A stretch of DNA of 64,000 nt, taken from Zygnema circumcarinatum SAG 698-1b. Its lineage: Eukaryota > Plantae > Zygnematophyceae. Every line of letters begins with the position of its first letter. Position 1 is the first letter of the stretch. The stretch covers positions 920,689 to 984,688 of the forward strand of contig CM074809.1 of assembly GCA_037447605.1 (NCBI GenBank). Direction: 5' to 3'. Positions 46,936 through 59,083 of this stretch are shown here, one piece after another. The notes beneath the pieces were generated by a model. That model worked only from the letters and a program-made list of their open reading frames with translations. It was not told the origin of the DNA and searched no databases. Position numbers and translations under genes: made by a program.

Positions 46936-48438
46936 TGGCTGCCTGACTTCCCCCGCTCGCTTCTGCTGCCGGTTTTTTCGCTCAAGAGCGTTTCCGCCGG
47001 CGCTGGAATACTTGCCTCCATGCGCCGTGGGACCTCCGTTGGTTAGACACACAGAGATGAAGCCCTAATTGATGTTCCCATGAGCGCTCGTGCCTTCGTG
47101 AAAAGCAGCTAGGCTTCATCTGGAGATGCGGAAGATCCAAGTCGCCTGAAATTGTTAAATTTCGCGAGGCAGTAGTCCCGTGTGTTGTTGCATTTTTACG
47201 TGTTTACCTTTCTATATAGATTGTGAATAAAGTGTTCATGTTGTGCATAGAAATCATGAACTTGCAGACTCATGAGAGCCCTTCTCGTGGTCGACCAACC
47301 CCCATGTCGTCTCTTGCACCTCCTTGTTCTCACGACGTTATCCTCTGTTCCCACTAACCAGCACGTTTGCGTTTGTGTGAAGTGAGTACTGTTTTGCACT
47401 CGCATTGCCTCTCTCATAGTACTCGTTTCGGTACCCGACTGCGGGACGGACAAACGGCTCGTCCTCGTTTCCGTGAAATCCAGTTTCAGTTAACGTGTGC
47501 CTTGACGAGCAACGATAGGTACTCGTTCCATGCGAAGCGTTGCGTTGACGTACAGACCTTTCGTGAACTTTCCGCCACGCGAGACCGGGAAGCAGAACTG
47601 TACGGATATTGTACGTGACATGTACGGACTGCATAGTACGACAATCATGTGCGAGAACGGCAGTCAACGATTCTCCGTATGGACGTGGTCGGCGCAGATG
47701 TCACCGCACGAGGCGAAGACCGTTACCCGCCAATCAGGGGGCCCGTGTGGTCCGCGGGAAGAAGCTCGCGGCCAATCAGAAGGTGCACCTCAGCAACTTT
47801 TTACTCATTCTTCTGGTCAACAGATATGACAAAATGATGGATCGGTTTTGCCGCGTTGACCTCTCCTTTCCCGCCCCGTCGAAATCGCAAAGCAACCGCC
47901 GCAAAGCGACAAAACGTCCGGGCAGGAATGTAAGTTTTTCTATCTGCCCAGACATTCCGACAGCTATTTTCACCAGAATGTAATATTTTCCGCCCTGCCC
48001 GCCGTTTAAATTGCCCCAGGCCAAAAGTCGACGACAAATGGACGCTGACAAAATCAGAAGCACGTTGACGAGCCGGCCCCTCCGCCGGTCAACTCCCTAC
48101 AATGTGTACGAACTGTACGGTATTGATCTGTACGGCCCGTGCCGGTCACGGCCGACGGAGCATAAAGCTGCGACCGAAAGGACGCGGGCGAAGGGACGCC
48201 GTAGGGGAGGGGGGGAGGTGAGGGGGAGGGAGAGGGAGAGGGGGAGAGAGAGGGAGAGGGGGGAAGGGAGAGGGGGGAGGGAGAGGGGGGAGGGAGAGGG
48301 AAAGGGAGAGGGGGGGAGGTAGAGGGGCAGGGAGGGGGATTGGAGGGGGAGGAAACCCTAAAAAGGATATAATCTGCATACATTCTTTCTTTCTTGAAGC
48401 TCCATTTTCGATTTGGTGAAATTTCTGGGTAAGTTTGC

Positions 48439-48958
48439 ATGCTGATGAACAGCGGGATCTCTAAGGACAAGGGGAAGGGGGGGGGAGGAGGAGGAGAGCG
48501 GAGGTTCGATGCGGAGAAGGTTTTGGATGACGTGTACAAGAAGGTGAACGAGCAGAACATGGCGAGGTTTCAGGCGGGGATAGGAATGGCTGCAGGGAAT
48601 TCTCCGCCGGGGGAGGTGATCCGTGGGGAGGTCGTGGAGAAGGAAGGAGGAGGGATCAATAAGGCTTCGAAGCTCAGCCATGGCGGCGTCCTGCTGCTTG
48701 CGAGCCCCCTTGGCGTGAGAATGAGTGCGGAGAGGAGGAGGCAGACCCTGGAGGAGCTCTCGAAGCTTCCAGAGAAGGAGCAGAGGACGGAGCACAAGAA
48801 GAGCGAGTACTGGACGGTGGACATGGCGCCTCCCAACCCGCATTGCAGGATTGCATGGCCGAGGTGAAGCAGGGCTGCTGGTCGGCGATGCGAGCGGCGT
48901 ACATAGCGAACTTAGCGATGTGGAGGAATCGAAACATTAGGAAGTTTTTCGTCAATTG
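48439..48958 (+). CDS. Hypothetical protein, possibly frameshifted near 48838
   Basis: 142-aa ORF 48439-48867 with GC-rich coding-like composition, downstream of a GA tract and a telo-box (48354). A second frame continues with protein-like text to a gtaagc donor at 48959. Confidence 0.35.
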
Positions 48959-49813
48959 GTAAGCACCCACCTTTGCTTGTCCCCTTTTGATAAACTTAAA
49001 ATAGTTGCAAGTTTTCCCGTGTAAAAGCTCAAGTGTTGCATCTCAAGCCTATTCTGATTCCGTCCTTCTCTTTCTCTTTCGATGCAGATGTTCGGACAAG
49101 GGTCCTACCATCAAATTTTGAGGTGAAGTCTTGTGAAAACGATCGTTTATGGCAATCTAGGAAACAGTTTTTTCTCTTTAATGAGTGCCCACTCAACTGT
49201 TTAAGCGAGAAGTACTGGCCCAATTTAGCAAATTATTCACCGCAGTGTCACTACGACGGTCAGTCTTTGTCCGAAGCAAAAATGCTTCGAGAACTGTAAA
49301 TATTGTACCAAAATATAAGTAATCGATTTTCAAATTTCCACATCAATAGAAGCCCGACGTGACCCATCACTTCTGGGACTTTGGAGAACTGCTCGTACAG
49401 GTGCCAATTTCAAGACGCATTCATTCATTTATTCATTCATCCAAGCAGCTTGGGTTGCCTGTAGAAGCTCACATTATCGTGGAGGCTGTTGAAAGCAGCA
49501 TAAGGATGGACCTAACGAGAATTACTAACGCTATTATTCTGCAAAAAAAGAGGCAAAAAAGTCGTCTAAGATTGAAATTGCAGTCGTTCTACTGTCCTTT
49601 GCCAACCTTCTTTGGCCTATCTTTAACCAACGATGGAGCAACTTCAAGCGTCTTCTCGTCCTTGAGCAAAAATGCACGTGCTGCTGAATTTGCTGCTTGC
49701 TTTCCCAACCGAAACCCTAAAATTGAGCTGCCAAAAAACCCCATTGTTCCACCCGACCAGCAGCTTGCGAGCACTCCCTCCCTCCCTCCTCCCCCACATC
49801 CTTCATCACTCGT

Positions 49814-50092
49814 CTAAAATATGATGCGGAACTTGGGGGCGGAGGAGCTTCCTGTGGGCAGCAGCTGCCACACGCAGGGCTCCATTCTGTCTGACACGTG
49901 GCAGTAGCCTGCAAGAGTGCCCGCCCCCCCCCCTCCCTGCCCGAACTCGAAGACAGAAGTGTCGCTGGAGAATGTCTCCGGGAAGGGAGGGCCCCCCTCG
50001 GCAGCTGCAGGCTCCGCCGCCTCCGACTGCTTCTCTGCTCCCTTCTTTTGCTCCTGCTTGCCCTTAGGGTTGCTCTGCTTGCTGCGTCCCAT
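49814..50092 (-). CDS. Small (92 aa) intronless protein with a C-terminal motif TLAGYCHVSDRMEPCVWQLLP...APKFRIIF
   Basis: Complete ORF. The C-terminal motif resembles a family of small uncharacterised plant proteins as I recall it (GF/YCxVSDxLEPCxWxILP...APQFRIxF); not verified. Confidence 0.6.
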   Translation of the reverse strand: MGRSKQSNPKGKQEQKKGAEKQSEAAEPAAAEGGPPFPETFSSDTSVFEFGQGGGGAGTLAGYCHVSDRMEPCVWQLLPTGSSSAPKFRIIF

Positions 50093-51050
50093 GGATGCTG
50101 AAAAGAGAACAGAAAGCAGTTCACCTTTCAGAATCAGGGCCAGTTATTGTACAATGAAACCGTCTACCACTGTTCAAGGGATCGAGCGTGACATGAAGCA
50201 GTTTGGTACTTCAAAGAAACGTTGAAGTGTTTTCCAATTCCCACATTAGGGTTGGAGAACTGTTGACTGAAAAGCACTACGCACCCTGATGTCTGTCCTT
50301 TGTTACCTCAACAAGATCATCACGTGGCAAAAGGGAAAAAAAACGAGGGAATGTCACAAGCATCAATACCCCTTTCTAATGAAATCACGTCTACTGTTCA
50401 GATATCAGTGGCAACAGAACAAGAACTTCTACCCAAAAAAAAAAAGAAACTCGAGCAGAATCGTCTAAGGTCGTTATCAAGAAGAGTGAAGATCGGTGTG
50501 ACAATATGATATCTCCCACCACTTCTAAAGGGTGCGAAATCCATAGCGTCAATCTTCTCTGTAGAATGTGAAACTGTACACTAAGGTTGTAAACTTCTGT
50601 AAACATTTGAAGCGCTAAAAAACAAACAGGGAGGGGGCGAAGGAACCCATATCTTGAATATCGTTATCTGGGCTAAGGTGCTTTCTAACTTCTCTGTCGC
50701 TTTTTGCTTGGAGGGGAGAGAAGAAAGTGAGGGAGGGACTACAGGATTGGAGAGAAACTCCCTCTCCTCACCTCTCCCTCTCGTCGCCTCTTCGCCCCTC
50801 TTCTCTCCTCTGCTCTCCTCTTCTAACACATGAAAGAACCCAAAAACAATCTCAAAATAAGGCTGCATTATAACCCACCTGCTGTCTGTGCCCAACGACC
50901 CCAACGACGCCTTTCCGGTAGCCGGGTCGAAGCTTGCAGCCGAAGGAAAATGGACGAACCGATGCTTCCCGCGAGAATTTAGGGTTGCGCTCTGAAGTTT
51001 GGGGTGAAGTTATGACGTCACAGCCCCTCTTGTGTCGACTGTGTGCGACG

Positions 51051-53974
51051 ATGAGCAATGCAGCGCATGGTCCAGCGTCTATCATGCATGCTTTCCTGCT
51101 TCTCAGAACCGGCATGAAGCCATGGCGGCGGAAGGGGCATCTGGGATCTCCGTCCCGCTCTGCCCTTTTGCCTGTTTTGCTCCTTGCTTTATTTTACTTT
51201 GTTGTTGAAGCAAAGACCTTCAAGAGTTCCCGATTGAGTAAGAAAGCAGTAGAGGAACCGCGGGCTGCTCCTGATTTGAGGAGGGATAGCGGCACTCAGG
51301 CGCCAGTGAGCATTGTGGAGGAAAGGAAGGAGAATTTAGATGTGTATAATTGTAGGGGGGAGGAGCGGGAGTACTCCGTGCGGTATGTGCCAGGTGGGCC
51401 TTTGAGTCATGTTAGATTTACGTTTTTTTAAAGCCTACTGAGCTATAGCAGAGAATGGGAGATAAAAAAGAAAAAGAGGTAGCGTCTAGGAGAGAGATGA
51501 ATAACCATATGGTCCATAGAACCTCATAAAGTTTGTCTCGTCCTGGTCTTTGCCATCAACATTGAGCGCATATTTTCTGGCTCACAGAAACCCATTCGTC
51601 GAGTATTTGTTCAATGCGCAATTTCATTCCGCTCGACTGTTTCCATCATGCAATTTTTGAGTGACCATATACTTAAAAAATTCCGGCGACTCCTGTGGTC
51701 TATGTAACTGTCTCCTACTGATATCTTTGTTACTGCATTTTTTTTGCAGGCTTGGCATCCGAAAAGTTTGTTGGTCTAGGATTCAGTGGAGAGCAGCTGA
51801 GCAAGGCCCGATTCCACTTAGCAGACGCTCTCGCTTTGGCCAAGTCAACCGGCAGGACGCTCATCCTCCCCTCGTGCGGCAAGAGTGTGGTAGCGAGCGG
51901 ATCTGGCGATGCCCTTCCCCTCTGTACATATTTCGACACAAACGAACTTGGTAAATTTGTAAACTGGGTTACAGAAAGTTACTTTTATCAGGAAATCGTG
52001 AACCGAAAGCTAATGAAACCGACGACCGTGACCGTTTTCTTGCTGAAGGAACAGCACGCCTGCCCTCCGGTAGGTGATGAACTACTCGCGAGACATTATA
52101 ATTGAATCAATTTCATGTGTTCCAGGTCACTTTTGAGTGGGTCCTGGAAATTTTGAGTCCGGTTGATACTATATTTCTTAGCTTTTCTGAGGTTAGGGCT
52201 TCTCCTCAGTAAGATGTCAGCGAGCTCCAGTTCGGGATTAGAAAAATAGAGCAGATTCATTCTTGTTGATTCCTTCACACCCCCTTCGCATCATTAAGGT
52301 CACCCTTCGGGAACACTTGAAATGATACAGGCTTGTGAGACAATGCAGTGAAAGTACTTTCTTTTATGGGCTGCAGTTTACAGTTCGACGCTTTGGGAAA
52401 GACCTATCCGGTTTGGCACTGGGCAACCTCACATCTAACTGGGGACACGGAATTAAAGCGGTCTGCTTCAAATCCTGTCCTCCTAAAGGGAAGGGTCGAC
52501 TTCACAACAGTCTTAAGCCAAAACTAGCTGCCCACGATGTAATTGTCTTGATTAAAGCTACTCCGAGAGTGTGCCATGTTCCGCATGAACTTGAGGTACA
52601 CCATTTCTCATCCTTCCATGCTCACAATAGCGAAATTTCTCTTGTGCTCTGATGTTCCATTGGTTCCACTAGCCCTCTACTGTAAACCCATCAAACTTTC
52701 TCACGGGCTTCCTTGTTTTTGGGGGTAAAGATGCCACTGAGCTATGTCAAGTATCCTCTCCGACTTGAGAAAAGAGTGGCGGAATTAATTTCCGCAAAGG
52801 TAGGTCCGCGGTTCTTAGCAGTGCACTGGCGGATGGAGAAACTCGCGGAGGCAGAAGTGACAAGAGCGAAGTTCCGGAAATGCACTAAAGACCTCCTCCG
52901 CTCGGCGAAAGTGCTCACAGAAAGCTGCAACTTAACCTCCGTATTTCTGGCCACAGATGTGGCCGTGGACGGCAGGTGAGAGCGGGGGCGAGTGCGAGGG
53001 AGGGAGGGAGGGAGGGAGGGAGAGCGGAGGAGGAGAGGAAGTAGGGGAAGAGAGCGGAGATTCTGTTTTATGGATTCGTACAAAGCTGTCTACAGATTAT
53101 TGTTTCTCTTGTTCTTTTCTAAGTCTTAAACCGGATGGGAGCGCTTCTGCAGGCAGTATTCGAACTCAATGCGGTGGCTGCCAAAGCATTTTCACGAATG
53201 GATGAAGGAGGCTATGAAGGTACGCGTGTGAAGCATTACTGTTCACGGTTGTAGAGTTTTACAGAAGTCAGTGCAGTTCCTGTCGAGGAGGAGATATGTG
53301 CATTGAAATCATCAGACAACGTCAATCTTAGAAGATTGAATAGCCTCTCATGAAGAGAAGTGTACGCTGTATGCTGCGCAATAGAAGCTTCTTATTCGCG
53401 ATGAGTTGTTATGCCTTTGTATTCAGGAGCTACATAAGCATCTGCAGCCAATAACGTGGGAGGTCCTTGAACCCCAAGTGCTAACACTCGACTCAGGCAT
53501 TCAGGTGAGCCCAAAATGAGCAGCGAACCCATCATTCACTTAGCCACACAGCTGCCAACTTTATGCATTTGACAGGAAGCCCTTCGGTGTTCCATCCTGA
53601 AAGAGTCTGACGCATTTTGACAGAAAAAGTAACATTTGGTGCGGAGAATACCTCCAAAAACTCTTCTTTGGTCATATGATTGTGACATGGAGTGAGGGAG
53701 AGGCAATCATTTCGACTTTTTTGTTTGTTTACAGGGAATTTTAGACAAGCTGATGTGCGTGGGAGCCCCCTACTTTCTGTACCCTCCGGCCCAATGCTTG
53801 GGGCAGCACAACCTGTTGGCTTCAAGCTTCACTCGCGAGATCGTGACTTTGAGACAAAACCGCGGCCGCAGCAACGCAAGCAGCAGAGCGTGGACGTACA
53901 AACTGAAAACTAGTTGTCAACGGGAGATAGATAAACCTTTGAAGACGAGGAAACAATGGAAGAAGAAGCCGTAG
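51051..53974 (+). CDS. GDP-fucose O-fucosyltransferase-like glycosyltransferase (O-FucT fold), type II membrane protein, multi-exon
   Basis: TM segment ALLPVLLLALFYFVV, then EQLSKARFHL..ALALA...RTLILP, PRFLAVHWRMEK, VFLATD and GILDKLMC..A.YF. These are typical O-FucT/GT68-like motifs. The exact start is uncertain (51012, 51051 or 51113). Confidence 0.78.
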
Positions 53975-53980
53975 ACCACC

Positions 53981-53981
<1 letters not shown>

Positions 53982-54017
<36 letters not shown>
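53982..54017. repeat. (TGC)12 trinucleotide repeat just after the O-FucT stop
   Basis: Seen directly. Confidence 0.9.
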
Positions 54018-54018
<1 letters not shown>

Positions 54019-54229
54019 ACAGGGAAATAAAATGAAGGGGGTCGGTCGGACACTCCGCCAGCATTGGTCGGTGGCGAGCGCGCGAAGGGGAAAGAGCCAT
54101 CAGATTGGAACACGAATTAATTATTTTATGTGGGGAAACTCAATTTTGAGTTACATTTTTAATTCTTTCATTACATCAAGCAGTCTTCCCAATAGTCCAG
54201 CGTGCTTGCTTTGCTTTGCCTTTCTTTGG

Positions 54230-54420
54230 CCTCTCTCTCTCTCTCTTCCACCTCTCCCGTATCTCCTCTCTCTCTCACGTCTCGCTTTCTCCCCTCTCCT
54301 CTCTCTCTCTCTCCCCTCTCGCTCTCTCCCCTTTCCTCTCATCTCTCTCTCTCTCTCCCCTCTCGCTCTCTCCCCTTTCCTCTCCTCTCTCTCTCTCCCC
54401 TCTCCTCTCTCCTCTTTCTT
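54230..54420. repeat. CT-rich compound microsatellite
   Basis: Seen directly. Confidence 0.9.
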
Positions 54421-56202
54421 TCTGTCTGTTTGCGGGCGCTGCACCCATCCATCCCTTCACCTCCCCCGGTGGCTTACAGTAGTGGCGGAGGGGGGAAAAA
54501 AAAAACTTTCCCTCGTGGTTTCAACAACCGCGTTGTACCAGGCAGTATGAACCGTACGAAACTGTACGGGTCACCGGCGATGCCCTCGGCCCGGGGTTCC
54601 ATGGAGCGGGTTTTAACCGCGCCAGGTCGGATGGCGCGTTGTACGAAAGAGCCCTCCGCCCTGGCAGGTGCGGGCCCCACCACAACCGTGATATCCAATC
54701 AGAGCTCGCCATGTTGTCATCATTGTAACACGTGACATCAAAATTTGTTCTCGTCGTCAACGTGTCTGCGCACGATTGGCCAATGGTCATGTCCAGTCAA
54801 GAGAAGTTTTGCAGTAGTCTGCCGTGGCAGCCACGTTGACGCCACGTCATCAAAACGCGCACACATAGAACCGAGAAAAGCGTCGCACACGACGGCGTAG
54901 CGCTGCATGGAATCCCGCCCTGTGGCTCCCTTGTTGCCTCGGTGCAGATTAATGGTTGGCAGTGGTTGGCAGGGTCGCGAATCAACGGTTGGCAGCCATC
55001 CGATGGTTGATCCAACGGTCTGAACTGCGCCCTAGCGCAGCGCTAAACGACAAACTCAGTCCGATGGCACTTGGCCTGCTGGCGGCGGCGGCGGTGAGAG
55101 CAGCCCTGCGTCAAAATCGTCTTTGCTTTTTAATTTGTAAGCAATGGGTTGTTGACAGGCGGCCGCCATGGCGGAGCAGCAGGAGAGGCTTCTGATGGGA
55201 CTGCTCCGTGAGTGAGCATGGCAGGATAAGGCAGCAAGAGGAGGCAAGGGAATGTGCAAGTAAGGGGTTGATGATAGCGCTTTCGATGCGGAGGACAGGG
55301 CTCCTCTCCAAAAGCTCCAATTCATAAAATAGCAGCAGAGTGGCACTTCAACAGTTTGTGTTGCAATGAGGAAAAGGTCTCTCTCCCGCACTGACACACA
55401 CTCTCTCCCTCTCCATTTTTCAATTACGACAGCTGCTGAATTGTCGCCGCTTCTTCTCTCCAATTCCCCGCTGTTTCTTCCCAAACGCGCTGTCAATCCC
55501 TCTCTCCTTCTCTTCCTCCGGCTCGCCTCTCTGTGTCTCTCTCTCACCATCCTCCGGACTGTAACAGCAATGCACCTTCTTAAAAAACTCTCCATCGCAC
55601 AAGCAGTGTCACGCACGGCAGCAATTACACATCTTGGTTTACTTTGCAATGAATGATATGGCACCACTGGAGTATAATACAAATATTGTTACACGAACCT
55701 TTAGGACACAGATTTCTACACCTTTGACTGGTACTACTCATGCGTGTCCGATGTGTGACGTCAGGAAAATCTGCACATTCACTACATAATCTACGCACTC
55801 TCTGCTGCATCTGCTGCAAAGAGAGCTAAAAAAACGCACCAGTCTTCTGTTATTTGGATTCCTAGCAAAATTGCGGCCACCCCATCTCACTACCTTACAC
55901 CTTCCTTATATAGGCGTACCACTATATGTCCAAAACACCAGTCTGCTGAAATGTTTGGAGCATGTCACGCCATGAATAAACAGGGCCTACAGGTTTCAAA
56001 TCACGTTACAGAGGCAGAGTTTCGACTAGTGCTGACCTAGGACTTCGGAGAGACTGACCCGCTGCTCTATCTTCAAAAAACGTCAAATGTCGAGAAGAGA
56101 GGGTGAGTGGAATTTATCTTACCCCACTTCCCTCTCCTCTACCCCCAACAAGAATTCGTTAAATCCGAACAACTTGCCAGCAGCACACGAAGCGTGAAAG
56201 CC

Positions 56203-57924
56203 TCAAGCCTTGGAGTCGAAACAAGGTTCGGCCACAGACTGCAGATAGGTGTCCACCTCTCCGGTGCTCAGAAACAAGTTCAGTACAGCAGCGATGTCTG
56301 CTTCTGAATCATTGCCCTTTAGTTCATCACATTCCCCTCCTTTCTCTCCCCCAGCTATCCATGTCCCCAACTCTCCAGTCTTCCTTGTAACTTCCGCACT
56401 CCCACTTATCGCCCATGCGTCGCTAGTAACACCCAAACTAGAATTTTTACTCGACTTGTCAACTATGCTGTCACAGTCGTCAATAAGAAAGCTTCCAGCA
56501 GCTGTAGATGTTTGAAGGTCTGTAGCTGCAGCTGCCTCTCCATGGACCATTCTTCCTCCATCTTCTCTCTCAGGCTTGACTTTTGCAACAGCAGTTTTCC
56601 AGGCATCTAGAGATTGTCTCCGAGGACGAGAACGAGGATTAGGAGTACTCCAATCTTCTAACGAGTACTGCCGAAAAGCTTCCTCAAAAACAAGCAGAAG
56701 TGCCGGATCAAAAATTGCGTCGTCAATTTCTGACTCATCGAGCAATTCACAAAACTGAAGCTCGTCAGTAGACTGTTGCAGGTCACTTGATGATGTGCTG
56801 ACTATATCCCCGCTGGTCTCACTTGTAAAGTCGATTTTTCGAGATACTGGCCTCGACTTTGGCGGTTTTGGTGGAGTCGATGACAAAGTTTCAAGCTTCC
56901 AAGGAGCAGGAATGTCCTGCTTAAATGGACAATCAGATGAGGGAGATGGACCAGCTACAGAGTAAATAGAAGATACAGTAGGAGAAGTTGAAGCTGCCTC
57001 CTTTCCAGATGCTTCGGGCAACAGTAATCCCTCTGGACTGCTCGGGTTCACTGATGGTGCTTCCGAGTCGGTTCTCACATTTGTAGTCTCTCCACAACGA
57101 GGAACTCCTAGGCCTAAAAATTCCTCAATATGAGCAGCCAGCATCTCATCTATGCCTTCATCCACTCCCCATAGCCCCTCTCCTGCCTCCTTTCCAGTAC
57201 AAAATGATTGTCCCCCAACCTCTTTACTCGAACCTCTCAGAGACGAAATGTGCTCTACTTCTGCCACGGTCCTGCTCTCTTCTACAGAATGCAGCAAGCC
57301 CTCCTTCACTCCGTGATCTCCTTCACTCCCCACTTTAAAGTTGCTGGTGTCTGGCTGCGCAGTTGACGCGACTCTTTCTCCTCCATCTTGACCATCCCAT
57401 TTCTCAGAAGTTGACACAAAGGCCTCTCCTTCCCAGACATCAACTTTCCCTCTTTTATTGGTTCCAGTCCTGTCAGAAGCATCTAGACTTCCAGAATGTT
57501 TCCCTCCCACTACTCCTGTCTCCACTTCGTTGAAAACTCGACTTGCACCCCTTGCCAGAAACCATTCTTTCAACTGCTTATTCACGCCTTCCAGAGTAAG
57601 TTTCTCAGACTGTCTGCCTCTCCTCCTCCCCATTCTCCGTGCGAATGAAAACCGTTCCTTCGACGCAGGTTGAACCGAAGCCTTTGAACCTTTCCCTTGA
57701 ACAAAGCGCCCCTTGCTCTCAGTGCTGGCGGATTCAAAGCTGCCAAAAGAGCTCTCGCTCTCGCTGTAACTGCCGAAACTTGCGACGCTGCTGCTCTCGT
57801 CTGAGAGCAGCGAGCAGTCGGACACGGTTCGCCCGTACTGCAAGCTGCTCAGGCGAGGACTCCCGCCCTTCACCTCTGCAGCCTTCCTCTCGTTCACGTC
57901 AGCAGAACTCAAGCACGCCCCCAT
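56203..57924 (-). CDS. Uncharacterised 573-aa Ser/acidic-rich protein, N-terminus MGACLSS; paralogue A of a divergent pair
   Basis: Long intronless ORF that shares several motifs with 59084-61279 (see findings). Gly2/Cys4 lipidation-type N-terminus. Confidence 0.8.
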   Translation of the reverse strand: MGACLSSADVNERKAAEVKGGSPRLSSLQYGRTVSDCSLLSDESSSVASFGSYSESESSFGSFESASTESKGRFVQGKGSKASVQPASKERFSFARRMGRRRGRQSEKLTLEGVNKQLKEWFLARGASRVFNEVETGVVGGKHSGSLDASDRTGTNKRGKVDVWEGEAFVSTSEKWDGQDGGERVASTAQPDTSNFKVGSEGDHGVKEGLLHSVEESRTVAEVEHISSLRGSSKEVGGQSFCTGKEAGEGLWGVDEGIDEMLAAHIEEFLGLGVPRCGETTNVRTDSEAPSVNPSSPEGLLLPEASGKEAASTSPTVSSIYSVAGPSPSSDCPFKQDIPAPWKLETLSSTPPKPPKSRPVSRKIDFTSETSGDIVSTSSSDLQQSTDELQFCELLDESEIDDAIFDPALLLVFEEAFRQYSLEDWSTPNPRSRPRRQSLDAWKTAVAKVKPEREDGGRMVHGEAAAATDLQTSTAAGSFLIDDCDSIVDKSSKNSSLGVTSDAWAISGSAEVTRKTGELGTWIAGGEKGGECDELKGNDSEADIAAVLNLFLSTGEVDTYLQSVAEPCFDSKA

Positions 57925-58317
57925 CGCGCTCACAATGTCAGCTTCAAACCAAGTAAAAGCCCACCGAGCCACCCCAAAACGTTTGCAGACGGAATGTGGG
58001 CCTAAAGATGTGTCAAAACTTTAAATTCTAAACAAAGATAAGGCTTTCCCTCAGAATCCACAGCCGCTGCTCGACCCCCACTCGCAGCCTGACCGCAGCT
58101 TAGAGAGCGCCGCTTTAAGTAGAGCGAGGAGCGGCGGCGGCGACACTGTCCGTACAGTGTCCCGCGAACCCGTTATGTACGGTTCCACGGTCGTACAACC
58201 CGTTATGTACGAAAAGAGTCAAAGTTGCCGAAAACTGTACGAAATTGAGCTGAGCCGTACGGTACGGCTGGCCTTAGGCCCGTGTCGGTCCGCGGCGGTC
58301 CGCCCGACGCGTCGCGC

Positions 58318-58434
58318 GCACACGTGGCGCGCGCTCAGCGGCGAAGGCCGCCGCGAACCTCGTTAGGGCCACGTGGCGCGCGGAGAGGCGCGGGGGGGGC
58401 TGTCGGCGCAACTGATCTCAGGCCGCCACGTGGA
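58318..58434. promoter_or_regulatory. Cluster of three CACGTGG G-boxes between the two divergent paralogues
   Basis: cacacgtggc at about 58319, gccacgtggc at 58368 and gccacgtgga at 58425. Confidence 0.45.
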
Positions 58435-59083
58435 ATTGTTTCATGAGGTTAAATAGCAACTGTTTAGTCACAGTTTCAGGACTTTCTGGAATTTTGAACA
58501 GTAACTGGAAGAGTAACGACGTAGGGTTCTAGGATAAACAGGACTGTAACGGTGAACTACACTGGATGGATAGATACGGAACGTCAGGCCGTACCGTACT
58601 TTGAGTGACATGTCTCCCTTGTTGATCCTGGGCATTTTCGGATCAACTACGGTAGATCCAAACCTCTTATCCACTCCCAGAGACCGAGATCTACTGAAAG
58701 AAAATCCAGAGTGGACTTCAAGAAGATCGCGCCCCGCCGCCATGCTGGCGCAGGCCTTGGGCAGAGCGCCGCCAGCTGGACTGATCGGACGGCGCTGGTG
58801 CGCTCAGGATCCGCATCGGACGGCGAAGATCGCATCAATCTCTTCGGCATGATCGGGCCAATCGGCGCCCTCACACGTGGCCGGGCCCTCCGGGCCCGTC
58901 ACGGCGGGTCCTGGTCGCTCCTCCCTCGGCTGGCGGGCGGGGGCTGCATCTCTCTCTCTCTCTCCCTCTCTCTCGCTCAATTCAGGGCGTGGGGGGGACG
59001 GTCAGGGCAGGAATTGCACAAACCAAGAAGTGGGTCTGGCAAATTACGCGGCTCTACAAGTGGGTTTGCAATTATATTTCAGA

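Noticed and set aside
55056-55682. 208-aa minus-strand ORF, and a Kozak-perfect plus-strand ATG at 55168
   Set aside because: The minus ORF is low-complexity with no recognisable motif. The plus ATG gives only 15 codons, and I found no convincing second exon.
57925-59083. Upstream in-frame starts used by the ORF track for 56203..57972 and 58877..61279
   Set aside because: Both proteins have matching MGxC starts further in (57924 and 59084), and the extensions look like UTR or promoter sequence.
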